Positions 1 through 12,969 of a DNA stretch of 64,000 nucleotides are shown piece after piece. The DNA is from Schizosaccharomyces osmophilus (lineage: Eukaryota): positions 4,898,001-4,962,000 of the forward strand of contig NC_079238.1 in NCBI RefSeq assembly GCF_027921745.1. Reading direction: 5' to 3'. Every line of letters starts with the position of its first letter. The first letter of the stretch is position 1. The notes below the pieces were generated by a model. That model saw only the letters and a program-made list of their open reading frames with translations, had not been told where the DNA came from and did no database searches. Made by a program: the position numbers and the translations under genes.

Positions 1-1624
1 TCTTTTCATCCTTTACGTGATCCAGCAAGCTGTTCAGTGCAGTAAAAGGCCAGTTCTTTTTATTAAGATCACCATCTTCCTTGGAGACTTCAAATGCACT
101 AGAGCTCAAATAGCTTAGTGCTGACATTAAGCGCAGACGAAACATATTTTGGGTGGCTTCCGAAATTTTAGGACTAGCTTCATTTTCAGGAATTTCAAAA
201 TAACCATAAGTAATAAAAATATTGAGAAGCTCACTAACCCAGCCGCTATGTTTCACAGATCGGTTACTACGTAAAATATTAAGCATAGTGTCAGTGACCC
301 ATTGGCGTCTTCCTTCCACAGCCTTCGTTTCAGATGCCATGTCTTTTGGACAATGCTTGATAAATCCTAAAAGCAAGTCAAAAAGAGAGAGGATTCCTTT
401 CTCAGTAGCCAGAGGAAGAATATGTTCTACCACTTTAGTGTTGGTGAGACGATCAAAATTTAGAGAGCCGCGTTCTCCCAGAAGATGAAGAGCAATGGGA
501 TATACCAGGGCAGAATCATTTTTGCAAACCTTTTCAGTTTTAGAGACAACGCGTCTTGCAGCCCGGTAAAGGTAGCGTCCTTCGTCACTTAAATGGTTGA
601 TGAAACAGTGCATAAAATTTCTAGAAAACAAAGTACCCACTGTAGACTTAGTAGCGTAGTCTAAAGCTAACTCTATAATTTGAAGCCCCCAGAACTTACG
701 CTCCAAAGAAGAAGTGGAAGCAAAAACACCTTCATCTACAACAACGTTCCAGAAATTTTCAAATGGAGCCAATTGTTTATTCGAGTTATTTTTGTATTCA
801 TTGAATAAGAAGCGCCAAACATAGGGAAGTTTTTGTTTCCATGCGCTATGTTGGCCACCCATTTCCTGTACTTCCACTTGTCGTAAAACTTTTGAAAGAG
901 TCACAAGATTTGATTTGTGCAAGGGATAAACGGGATCCCAACCAGACATGGACGTAGGATGAGTCTTTACGTTTTCCGGCAAATGAGACATGCAAAGGTA
1001 TAAGCCAATGCCTTCGGAGGACTTTGAGACAGCCGTTGTCTGTAAAAGCTTATCAACAATATCGTAGGCCTCAGACGCATATGATAAAACTGGAATCTGC
1101 TTTACCAAATCATATAAAACGAGAAAACAAGTATCTCTAAGCCAGCTTTTTTTATCAGACAACTGTACAAGCAAATCCACCATTCTTTGGAAGTCATCTT
1201 TGGAAGAGGACTTACGTTGAAGAACAGAAGAAAACGAAATAGTCTGTAAACCAAACAGTAAACCAAAATAATAATCGCGCTCTTCTTGTCCCTTCAAATT
1301 TCCAGTAACAGTGTTATGCTTTACGAGCAGCTCTAAAACTTGCTGAGCAGTTATTTCTTCCTTGCGGGTAATGACCTAGGAAATGGTTAGTGCTTGACGT
1401 TTTATTTCATTATGAAATCCTTTTACCTCAGTAAGAGCAACAGAAAACCCAAGACGGGCGCTTTCGCGACCACTAGAAACACCTTTGGTCAATCGATTCA
1501 AAGCATATTTTAATTCCTCTTCAGTAGCTATCGAATCAATCAATTCCTTTGCAGCTTTTAGTCTTGTATTTTTATCATTCGAAACTAATGTTGTGAATAA
1601 CTCTAATTGTGTTTTTGTCGCCAT
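1..1624 (-). CDS. pol5: Pol5 / Myb-binding protein 1A-like nucleolar rRNA biogenesis factor ('DNA polymerase phi'); 5' part only, runs off the window. Exons 1624-1427 and 1375-<1
   Basis: N-terminus reads YALNRLTKGVSSGRESARLGFSVALTE. Intron 1426-1376 (GTAAAA...CTAAC...TAG) rejoins in frame to VITRKEE... followed by GQEERDYYFGLLFG, typical of Pol5. Confidence 0.93.
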
Positions 1625-3166
1625 TCTTGACGATTTTATTCACAATTGAGGTTGTGGTAAAAAAGTGCTGGTCAAGAGTATCTCCAAAAAAGGTTTCAGA
1701 TCCATCACAAATTTTTTCCATAATAAATTTTAAAGGAGATTTGAAATTTCTTTCTTTTATTATCTGCTTTCTCACCTGAAATAATTGCTTTCCTTGTTTG
1801 TTTGTTTCAAGCATTTGTCGAAGATGCAAATTTCTTAAAAGCTTTCATTGAAACTTCTATAAATTCTGCAAGTGTTTTTAACTACGAAGCTGCAAACGGG
1901 ATTCAAGTTTCGTTCTCGATGAATTTTCGATCCTATATATTTTTGTCGAAGTTACCAACCGGACTAAGTATACTATACCTCGTCCATTTTCTTTTATTAA
2001 AATGAATTGATTTTCTGGATTCTTTCTCTGCACGACTTTAACTGCATTGTCTTTTGTTTACAGTCACAATTTCTTTGCTATGAGAATTAAGTCTTCACAC
2101 TTCATTACTGACATCTTTTTCTTTCGAGAGGAAGTGATACAACACTTTTTCAAAGAAAATAGGCACTGCAATTAGCCGGCTTGTAATTGTTACCAAGAAT
2201 CTGCTTTGAACATTCTATTATATACTGACTTTCAGACCTTCGTTGAAAAACTCCATTGAAATCCTCCCTCAAGATGCTAAAGTTAAAAAAAAGCTTTAAT
2301 TAATTGGCAGTTAACATTCTTTAGTCTTTATCTCTGAGACAAATGAATGTAGCAAGGGTCAGAAGGATACTGACATCCCTCTTCATCTGCCTGCTCAAGT
2401 AAAAAATAAATTGTTTCAATAGAATGCATGAATTGCAATTTATAAGAAGGAGATCCCGAGTTTCAACGTGCCTTTATGTCTTGCAATTGTATGAATTCTC
2501 CTAATAGGATATTGCTAGGGCGATATCATCGTAGATTTATGATAAAGTTCGAGAAAGACAAGAATTCATTCAAAAGCGTAAGCAGTGATAAAACCATAGG
2601 CTTTTAATTCTTCTTCTTTTTTTAAGAAGATCGATCAAAAGGAAGCTGCGACGAACTCACTCGCCTTCGTCCAAATCGATACACATAAACAAAGAAATAT
2701 CCAACATGTGACCATCAAAACATCGGTAATAAGAAAAAATATTAATAAAGATAAAAAATAAATAAGTATTCAGAGAACACATTAGTTTCCTGAATTGAAT
2801 CTCAAGTCCTTCCCTATTCGTTTATTAGCAAATGCGAAACAAAGCATAGGAGGAAGATATCCTCCATTAAGTTTGTTAAAAGGGTTTCATTTTTACCTAT
2901 AATACTTCCATTTGCATGGCATCTGTGGTTGGGAATTTGAAGACTTTTCGGTAGAGACATGAGAGTTACTGTTGAGTAAAATGAAAGGACCAAGACTCAA
3001 GGTTACTTATTTTAATGTTCATATAAAATCATTCTCAAAGCAATTTTTTGAGGACTTCAAGAACCAAGTGCATTCATACTGCACGTAATGCTTGATTCTC
3101 CTGCCCGTAACACCCCAATATCCATTGGAAAACACAAGTCGACATTCTATTCCAAAGTTGAAGAGT

Positions 3167-4697
3167 ATGGGAAATTGTGATGAACAAAAAAAGCAACGAT
3201 GGTATTGTTACTGAAAGCCACCATCCGTAAATCAGAGTGCTAATTGAATTATAGGGTCAGAGGTCAAATCCTGTTCAGTTTCCTGTTAGTTGCATTGGAA
3301 AGTTTAATTCGTATTTGCACATTAATTTTGCCTTCTCCTTTAAGAATTTGGTTTTATGAGCAGTCCAAAAAGTATACAATTGTCAGATTTTGAAATCAAG
3401 AAGCTTTAACTGACTTTTGCTTAGAATATATTTGCGGTTCCTTCCCGAATTTATGGAAGACAATGAAGTTTACCAAATGACTGCAGCCAGGGATACCGTT
3501 GACTTATGCCAACTCCATGGATACGATTTGGAAGAACATTTTGTGCGAACATCTGATGGCTACCTACTTTGTCTACAACGTGTCTATAAGGCCGAAGAAC
3601 AGGAAAGTTTGTCGAAATTAGCGTATAAACCTCCTGTGCTTTTTATTCATGGGCTCCTTATGAATTCTGAGATTTGGGTTTGTAACATCAAGAGAGAGGA
3701 CTCGATCCCCTTCGCGCTTGTTGATCAAGGCTATGATGTATGGCTAGGGAATCTGCGAGGAAACAAATATAGCAAGAAAAATGTCAAGTATGGCTCCGAA
3801 AGTCGAGAATTTTGGAACTTCACTCTCGACAGCATAGCGATTTTCGATATACCTTCAATTGTTAAATATATACTTTCTGTAAACAAATCGGACTCAGTTG
3901 CATTCGTTGGGTTTTCTCAGGGCGCTATCATGGCTTTAGCGGCCTTGTCCATTGACAATGAACTTCGAAAATCTGTTCGCGCATTCATAGCACTTTCACC
4001 TGCTATCTTTCCTAAAAAATACAGCAGCAAAACGGTATATTCGATTATTAACTCGAATAGCCAATTATTATACTTATTGTTTGGTACTCATTCCATGCTT
4101 GCCTCAACAATTTTCTGGCAGGCAGTACTGTATCCTCCGGTGTTTTCTAAAATTGTGGATTCCTGTTTACGCTATTTTATGGATTGGAATGGGAAAAATA
4201 TTTCTGAAGAACAAAAAATTGTTGGCTATTCCCACTTGTATTCTTTTACTTCTGTTAAATGCTTTGTACACTGGGCACAAATTATGAAAAATAAAGTCTT
4301 GCAAATGTATGACGATAGTCCTGGTATTAAACCAAGTTATTATACAAACCTAAACCGAATTGCGCGGTATCCTATTGAAAATATTCGGGTTCCCATTATC
4401 ATGATCTACGGTAGCGATGATAATATGGTGAACATTGATGCTTTAAGATCCTGCCTTCCTCCATTGTCTCAGTGCATCCAGGTAAGTTATATATTGTGAT
4501 ACTTTTGTTTAACCGATTTTTAGATCCCCCATTACGAACATTTAGATATGTTGATCGGTGATAAAAGAAAAACTTTAGTTATCAATCAGGTAATTGAACA
4601 GTTAGATCATGTTGCAGCAGGGGATTATTATGACTCTATAAAAGAGGAGTTTGGACTGGCATCCGATCTGGTTGACGGCTTCATGACTTCTTCATGA
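3167..4697 (+). CDS. Triglyceride lipase / sterol esterase (Tgl1/Yeh-like alpha/beta hydrolase; probable SPBC14C8.15 ortholog). Exons 3167-3201, 3255-3371, 3425-4481, 4524-4697
   Basis: Motifs HGLL, DVWLGNLRGNKYS and nucleophile GFSQG are present. The catalytic His motif YEHLD lies in the last exon. Three GT-AG introns restore a single reading frame. Confidence 0.9.
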
Positions 4698-4981
4698 TTG
4701 TATGAATTTGGACTCACTATTCTGGTATATTATTCATTGTATGTAATATCCGCCCAAAATTTGTTATCTTACGCTTTATGTTTCTTACTATTTAATCGTT
4801 GTACTTAATTATTTAAATTGTTTACCCCGAAAATCTCTGCGCGAACGAGCAAGCTACCAAGAGCTTGATATACTGGCTCTGAACAATAACTTTTTATAAA
4901 ATCGTGGTAGATTAGAGTTAAAATTTTAAATCATAAAAAAAAAGGATATGCTAATTAAGAGAGGAGATTTTAAAGAACTAG

Positions 4982-5887
4982 TTAATTAGACGTAGCTGCT
5001 TGTCGCCTAACGTAAATATTTCCGGCCGTGTCACGCTTCCAAAGATCACCATTAGAAACGTCTACTAATCGGAATATGCGCTTTCCTGTTTGTGCCTCAT
5101 CCGTTGCAACCAATTCTTCACTTCGATGAGAGCTATTGACGGCTCCCCTAATTTCATTTTTACCCACAGAATTGTTTTGATTAGCGATTTCCTCTAAAGA
5201 TGGCCAGTGGAGTGTCTTTGCAGCTTCTTCTGGACTAAAAACATGATCTTCAGAAATACTTTTCCAAAGAGGAGTTGCCCTTGATTGAATAGGAAGATCT
5301 CCGTGATCATTGAATTGAAGTCGACTTGGTTCTCTGCAAACATTCACCATTTTTTCCATCACATTGGCGTAGCTGGAAAGCACAGGAGCATTGTGACTTT
5401 GACGTTCATCAAATACATTCCTTAACTTTACGATGGCCTCAATTCTTTGAGGGCACGTTTTGTATTTTCGAGCAAGTACATCAACACTAATACCTTGGCG
5501 ATATTCATTACTAATTTGCATTCGTACAGAATGGGAAGTAGGACGCGAGGGTCGAAAACTTGGATTTAATGGAAATGGCTGATCCCGTCTAGGCCCTAAT
5601 CCAAAGCCTGCTCCATTAAAGAACTTTGCTTTCTTTACCTCAGGAGATTGAAGCCACTGTTGAAACGCGACCCGCTCTTTATCATCACCAAGGTTTTTTG
5701 GCAATGAATTTAAGCTTGCTTTTGTTACATCTCGCGTATTGCAGGATGTGAATTTATCACCCTGCTTTCCTGAGCTTTCGAAATTCTGTTTTGCAGAAAC
5801 TGCCTTCGACAAGCGACTTATCGTGCTAAAGCTCAAAGCATTAACCTTTATTTGGTTTCCTCTATAATTTCGAATCTTTAACAGCAT
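4982..5887 (-). CDS. bot1: Mitochondrial small-subunit ribosomal protein mS45/MRPS35 (Bot1)
   Basis: QPFPLNPSF motif and RIEAIVKL; basic N-terminal presequence; syntenic position. Confidence 0.88.
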   Translation of the reverse strand: MLLKIRNYRGNQIKVNALSFSTISRLSKAVSAKQNFESSGKQGDKFTSCNTRDVTKASLNSLPKNLGDDKERVAFQQWLQSPEVKKAKFFNGAGFGLGPRRDQPFPLNPSFRPSRPTSHSVRMQISNEYRQGISVDVLARKYKTCPQRIEAIVKLRNVFDERQSHNAPVLSSYANVMEKMVNVCREPSRLQFNDHGDLPIQSRATPLWKSISEDHVFSPEEAAKTLHWPSLEEIANQNNSVGKNEIRGAVNSSHRSEELVATDEAQTGKRIFRLVDVSNGDLWKRDTAGNIYVRRQAATSN

Positions 5888-6302
5888 CTTAACTGACTTG
5901 TTGAAGGTTCATCCAAAAGATGTCATGTGCAAGCAAAACTCAGGTTGATGGGAGGTTGGAAATCCAAGAGGGACTGATGAAGACAGTGTTGACTATGAAA
6001 GTAAAGCATAACTTAATCTTTGATTTATTTATTTTGTAAAGTTTTCAAAGTTAAAAATAACCAACAATCGATTGGTTTCATACATGTTACAGGACGAAAA
6101 TATTTTTTGCTAACGGATATAAAAACGTGCCCATCTCATTAAAAAACTGTTATCAAAAAGGATTCTTAAAAGAAAATGGTATCTTGTAAAAAGAAATGAA
6201 CCAAAATGAGCGTCATTCATTAAGTGTTTAACAACATTTAATGAGTACGGTCTTATCTTGTCTTGTCTTGAATAAATAAGTTAATGTCAATTATAAAGTA
6301 GT

Positions 6303-8043
6303 TTAGGGAAGAACATTAATTTGATAACCCATCAAAACCTCCGTCGTAGTTCCCTGCCAACCTCTATTACCAGAAGCCGTAAACATGAATCTACATGATG
6401 GATCAACATGCAAACCACTCACAAGTCCCCCATGGTGCCCAGGAACAATCAAAAATCCAATTCCGGATTTGCTTTGAAGATCGTACAAGCGAACATTATC
6501 AAAAGAAGCAATTACCAAATGCCGACCATTAAGCATGGAACTGACGTTCGAGACAGGACCAGAATCATTAGGCATTTTTAAAGATCTTACGGGGCTTGTT
6601 CCAGAATGGATATTAAATTCCTCTACAATTCCATTCCTACGACCAACAAATATGCTGTTACCGTCGGCACCCCAACAAGCAGACATAGACCATGGAGGAA
6701 TTCCTTTTGGTACAGGATATTTGATGACAGAATCTGGCATACGATGATCCCATACGTTCATCACTCCATCAATTGAAACTGTCAGAAAAATATTTGGATC
6801 TTCCATAGTTGTTGCATTAGGGTTCGTATGAGAATTATCAGAAGAGGCATTCGTTTCTTCAGGGATATTTTTTTCTTTCTCTTTGTTTTGAGATATTTGT
6901 TTTTCAGTTTTGTTGGCATTCCCACCGTTCTCTCCAATTTCTTCTGGTGCTTGCATGGATTTTGTTTCTTCGTCAATAGCCTTTTCGACTTCTTCATCAA
7001 AATCACCGTAGGATCCATTGCTAGAGGGTGTCCCAAACAAACTTCTCATATCATCAGAATCGGTCCCCCAAGAGGTTGGCACTTCGGTCGGGCGATACCT
7101 AATTCCAGAAAGTTGACCGCATTCCCCAGCATAGGACGAAATAACACTTCCAGTATTCAAATCCCAATTATAGACCATTTTGTCCCAACTTCCGCTCAAA
7201 ACTTTTTTTTCGGATGGATGAAGCGTTAAACAAGAAACCGGAGCAGTGTGTTTTCTTAAAGACGTTACAGGATACCCTTCCTGATGCCGAGTTGAGTACA
7301 AGACTATGTCACCATTATTGATTCCCGAAAGGGCCCACAGACCTTTCGAATGCACAGCTAAGCTGTAAACAGGAGAAGGAGATTGATCATCATAACCATT
7401 CCCCCAGTAATTAAGTAAAATTCCAGCCTATGTAAATGTTAGGAAAGTCGGTGAAAGTACACTTACCTTCGTAACAGTATCAACGAATGGATGCCTTTGA
7501 GCGACCGTTAAAGACAGGTCACCGTTGATACTGGGAAAAAAGTCATATTTCCGAATATAACCGTCTTCTCCACCGGTGAATAACCATTTCATATCAGACG
7601 TAAAGGCAAACGTGTTCACGCTTGTGGCCATAGGAATAGCCAAGGTTGGAACAATGTCATAAAAATCTGCCTTGATTGCCCTCTCCTTCAATTTTTCTAT
7701 AGGATTCACCTCATATTGTTCAGTTTTTTTCTCTAGATTCTGACCCTCCTGCTCTTGCGTTTCTTCTTCGTTTTCGTCTTCCAGTTCATCTGCATCCATG
7801 TCTTCTTCGCCAACTTTCTCAGCTGCTTCCTCCTCATCATCCTGCTTTTCATCTTCCATCTCAGCATTCTCTTCTTTCTCTTGGTCTAAATTTACATCGT
7901 CTTCTTCTTCTGGTGATAATGCTATTTGAATGTGTTAATTGCCTTGTCTGCCTTAATTGAAGTTACGAACCATCTGAATTTAGAACCATTGAATAAGCCG
8001 CATTATCATAGGGAACAGAATTTTTTACTGAATTCGAGGACAT
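6303..8043 (-). CDS. spt8: SAGA complex WD40 subunit Spt8. Exons 8043-7971, 7921-7467, 7427-6303
   Basis: Acidic N-terminus, then WLFTGGEDGYIRKYDF, LTVAQRHPFVD, FLIVPGHHGG and SGNRGWQG. Introns 7970-7922 and 7466-7428 join in frame. Confidence 0.93.
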
Positions 8044-8776
8044 GACGGTCGGGATAGATTATGCGACTTTTTACAGTCACCAGGCCTTTGTTTACAGTGT
8101 GAATTCTCCGTAACGCGTTTTTTTGGTAATTATCCACTTAAAACATTTATAATTCTTTTATATGTGTAAAATCCTTCTGAATAAGGATTAGTATTCTGGA
8201 AGTTCTACCTTCATCAGAAGCTGACAGGAGAAACCTGTGTCATACAGACTTGGTGAAATGGAGGAAGTATATCATTAAAACGAGGATATCATAACATATA
8301 TTTTTTCATTCTAGAAACTTGTGGTATCTTAAATCTAGAGGTTTTTTTTTTTTTTTGTTATTTTCATGTTTATATAAACAATTTCGTTTTTGTTAATCCA
8401 AGATTGCTCGTCGCGTGCAGACCATGTATTCAGAATAAATTCTCAAGAGACAAATCCGAGTACCTAAACTATGAGATTTATAGTATTTTACTCATAAAGT
8501 CAGAAATTCATCAGAAATTCCTTTAGCAACCTTTTACGTTGAACATACTCGCATGGAGAAGCAAGGATTTATTGTTCATGCTCAAGGTGAAGGAAGAGCT
8601 GTCCAATTGATTGGTATTGCCATAAATCAGTTTCTTAACATCGTTTTTTTAGTAGATATCTTTATATAAAAAAATCCAAATGAAACTGTTGTGTTGTGTT
8701 GCTGAATGAGACATTGAATGAGATTCGATTGAGTATTTAGTTGCATTGCCTATGTTCATTACTGCATTATCCACAA

Positions 8777-9784
8777 TTATGCGGCTAATAGTTTATATAA
8801 ACTTTCGTCCTGGCTAGTTAACTCTGAAACCTTTTTGCCAGAAAGCTTTAATAATTTTTCAACCTTTACAGAATCTGCTAGAATATTAAGAGTTTCTTCA
8901 GACGCACGGGATTGTATACGCTTTAATTCAGTCTTTGACAATTTGTTGATCGCTTCACAACACTAGTATCGGTTAGTTTAACTTTCACCTTGGTTTGAAG
9001 TCATACCTGTTGGACGCCGTACCAAGCATGAAAGTATGCTTCGGAGATTTCTACAGCACGACAGTAATGCTTGAGGGAAATCCACAAATGAATAGGGTTG
9101 CTTTTGCTCATGACAAAATTTGCATCCGCAAGCTTTGCAAAAATCCGAGGCTCATATGGCTGTAATAGTAGCATCTCTTCATAACAAAAGGCAGCCTTTT
9201 CATATGCTTCCACGGAAAAGTAAAGGTCGGCCAATTCGGCCCATGCCTCAACGTCAGTGTAGAATGTATCTACATACTCTATTAATCCGTTCATACATTC
9301 AATGGTTTTTCCAACAGAACGCAGTAGCGATAGCTTTCGCTTGTGAATGATCTAAATTTTGACTAGTCAGCAAGAATTTGCACGCCATAACATCTTCACG
9401 TACAGTATTCGTTGGGTCTTCAAAAAGTTTTTGATTATAATAGCTCAATGCATCGTCAAAACTTGAAGTAGCTTCCAGATACATTCCATAGAGTCCATCT
9501 ACTCTTGGAGATTTATTGAACCGATCGTTTAAGCGGTTCCAGCATTTCTTCGAAGAAAAGTTAGAAATCAGACTTTTATGTATTCCACCTTATTAAGATG
9601 ACTTGATTACCTTTGCTAACGTGTCTTCTTTCACAATGAGAGCAGCAACAAACACCTTTTGGTACACGTCCCATACAAGATCTTCATATTTATCCAATTT
9701 AGCTGTAGATTCTTGCTCCTCAAAAATTTCCAGAATCCTTTGTGGGTCTTTCAACTCAGAGATTTCGAGGATATTTGCTGACAT
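8777..9784 (-). CDS. oca3: ER membrane complex TPR subunit Emc2/Oca3. Exons 9784-9611, 9547-9404, 9351-9007, 8962-8777
   Basis: SPRVDGLYGMYLEA and DVEAWAELADLY...AAFCYEEMLLLQP. Three introns with branch sites give one continuous frame. Confidence 0.9.
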
Positions 9785-10960
9785 ATTCGTGAACCAACTG
9801 ATATTAGCTTTCCGTATTAATTATTGAAAATTTCCTACAATAAATGAATATACTTAAAGATTAAATCATATAAATATATATGAAACAGGTTTTGCTGAGG
9901 AAAAATAGGTAAATTGGTTTTTGGACAGATCAATACGAGGAGGTCTAAATAAGTCAGAGTTGCAACCAATTCTGATGTAGTAAAAATAATTTTTCCTCAT
10001 TTCATTGAATCTATCAGTACTATTAAAGCTTATGCGAGCGTCGTAGCCCCATCCAAGCCAGAGTACTAAGGCAATATTGTATTTTTGGTAGAAGGCATAT
10101 TCGTTTATATTCATAATTCATTGACTTTGCGAGTTTGAAAGCATAGAATAAAGGTTTCAAGAAATACAATTGATATCGTGGAGACATAATCAATATGCCG
10201 ACTCGTGCTATTTTTACACAGGATTGCCATTTTTAATGCAATGCTGGTCTTCATGTTCCCTTTGGGTCATTTTAGTCAGAACTTGATATAAGAGAAATTT
10301 AAACAAGTATAAGCATACTATAATGATTAAAATATGACAGGCTGGTTTAACATTAACAGTTTTAGGATCTCTGCTATGAATAGGATGACCCACAAAGAAG
10401 GCGAAAACGCGTACTACACTGGGAACAGCCTCGCCATTTCAAATCCTAAAGCCTCCATTCACTGATTTCAATGTTCATCTACCCTTGTGGTCTTTATGAC
10501 TGAGCAGTAGGTCAACTTCAAAGAAAATTCTTTAATTCACATTTACTCCTCCAAATTTAAACTGGTACATTATAAGACATATAAGATTGAGCACAAAGAG
10601 AAATTCCGTATCAGAAGCTATGTTTCTCTTACTGTACAGTATGGCTTTCCCAGAGTAAGCCAAAACAAACACAAAATCGCCAATGAGGACGCAACAGAGG
10701 CAAAGTTTGATTTAAGATACTTATTACCATAGAATAAATATCTTCTGACAATGACTATACATGATAGACCACCTTCGTATTATATCAGAACAGAGAGCGT
10801 AACAACAACTGATTCTTTGCTTTTTTATCCATTTTGTAATTTTTTTTTATACTTTTCACTAAAGACTTGTTTCATATTTTAACTTCTTCCTATATCAGAT
10901 ATAGCAAACTTTTGCATCTAGCATACATACAATCCCCAACACGAAATCGATCTAAAGTAT

Positions 10961-12770
10961 ATGTTTTCTAGGTTTTTTTGGCCAAGAATTTTCAATTCTT
11001 TTCGGAATTCTTCAAAAAAGGATATACCAAAACTTTTCAGAGCGCCTGATGCCAAAAAAAATGAAAACTTCAGAAAGCCAGTATTTGTAGGGGCAGGGAT
11101 CACATTGATGGCCTCTGTGTCCTTAGTGGATTTTGATCCAATAAAAAATGCAAGTGTCTCTTCGAAAAGAGCCTACAGAGTAGTATTAGCTGGTTTCCTT
11201 TGCTTTTCAGATTACAAAAAGATTCTTTCAAGTTCATACATAACGGAAGAGGAACGACAAACAGCGCTCAGCGAATGCCATCTGCGGTGCGCTGAACGAT
11301 CTCTAAAGGTATTTGAAGATAATGGTGGGATCTTTATTAAAATCGGACAACACTTGTCTGCAATGAACTACATTATCCCAAAGGTAAGTATGCTGAAACA
11401 TACAATGTTCCACCAACTATAACATTTTTCATGAAATTTATCATTCTAACCGCTTCTTATTAGGAATGGACTAGTACGATGGTCAAACTTCAAGATCGAT
11501 GTCCTTCCACATCCATTGAAGATGTCGATCGACTGTTCAAGGAAGATACAGGAAGTAGCCTAAACGAGCTCTTTGATGAGTTTATTCCGGAGCCTCTAGG
11601 CGTGGCTAGTTTGGCTCAAGTTCACAAAGGAAAACTCCGTAATTCAGATACCTGGGTCGCAGTCAAAATTCAGCATCCCTCAGTAACTCAAAATTCACCA
11701 GTTGACCTAATAATGACTCGTTGGGTGTTTAGGGCAATCAAGACTTTCTTTCCCGATTTTAAATTGACGTGGCTTGCCGATGAAATGGAAGTTTCGCTTC
11801 CTCAAGAGCTGGATTTTACCAGGGAAGCCATAAACGCTATCGAGACTAAAGAACATTTCGCTCAAATCTCTACATCCCTTTACGTACCCGCGATTATCTG
11901 GTCAAAACCTAGAATCTTGGTGATGGAATATGTTTCAGGAGGCCGCATAGATAATAGCGAATATTTCAAACGAAACCATATTTCGAAAGACCTTGTTTCT
12001 ACTGAATTATGCCACATCTTTAATGAAATGATATTCGGAAAAGGTGGCCATTTACATTGTGATCCTCATGGTGGAAACGTATTTATTCGAAACAAGCCCA
12101 AGGGGTCCAAGTCGCCGAGAAACTTTGAAATTGTATTACTTGACCATGGACTATATCGAAATATTCCAAATCAAGTACAAGTAGACTACGCTAATCTTTG
12201 GCTGAACATCATCGATTTCAATGAAGAAAAACTCAAAGTTTACGCCCAAAAAATAGCAAACGTATCTGAAAAAAGCTTTCCTTTATTCGCAGCTGCGATT
12301 ACAGGACGACCTTACAAAAGCTTAAAAAGTTTACCCATGAGCGGGAGAGACAGAGAAGAGGAACAAAAAAAGTTTATGAATACCGTCCAGAAAGGAGGTA
12401 TGCTTCAAAGCGTTATTAATTTATTAAGCAGTATGCCTCGATTAACGTAAGTATTATTAACTAAATAGTTATTCCTTTGCTTTGCTAACCTGTATACAGC
12501 CTTCTGTTAATGAAAACAAATGACTTGGTTCGCTCATTAGATGAAAGTCTACAGACTCACACTGGTTCTGAAAAAATTTACTTAATCATGGCTAGATACT
12601 GTTTAAGCGCAATCCATAGGAATCGCATGGAATCGTTATGGAATTCACAATCCCTGTGGCTTACTAAATTTTTTAAAAGTTCACTATACAAAATTGAATA
12701 TTCTTGGAGCATGTTAAGGTTTTACCTAGCTGAAGACTATTTTTATTACAAGCATAAATACTTCTATTGA
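10961..12770 (+). CDS. Mitochondrial ABC1/UbiB atypical kinase (Mcp2/Cqd2/ADCK1-like). Exons 10961-11383, 11464-12446, 12500-12770
   Basis: KxGQ (IKIGQ), ASLAQVH, VAVK, ELDF, HCDPHGGN and LLDHG motifs; two GTAAGT...CTAAC...YAG introns. Confidence 0.92.
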
Positions 12771-12969
12771 ATGCCTTGTCCATTCAAAGCATACATTGTG
12801 GAATACATATACCCACCTACCTCGGGGTAATACTTTCGTTTATCTTGCTTGAACAATTCACCTCTCCATTTTTTATAGTAATATCATCAATTAATGTCTC
12901 ATTTTCGAGTTTCTGAAATGTTTTAATTTACCAGACAAACTTGTCTTTTACCCCTTCCATATCTACTAG

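Noticed and set aside
2061..2068. HomolD box CAGTCACA upstream of pol5
   Set aside because: Single 8-mer about 440 bp from the ATG, farther than expected for a core promoter element.
9866..10900. 82-aa minus-strand ORF and neighbouring open stretches between oca3 and the ABC1 kinase
   Set aside because: No recognisable family and no consistent splice path; cannot be supported without a homology search.
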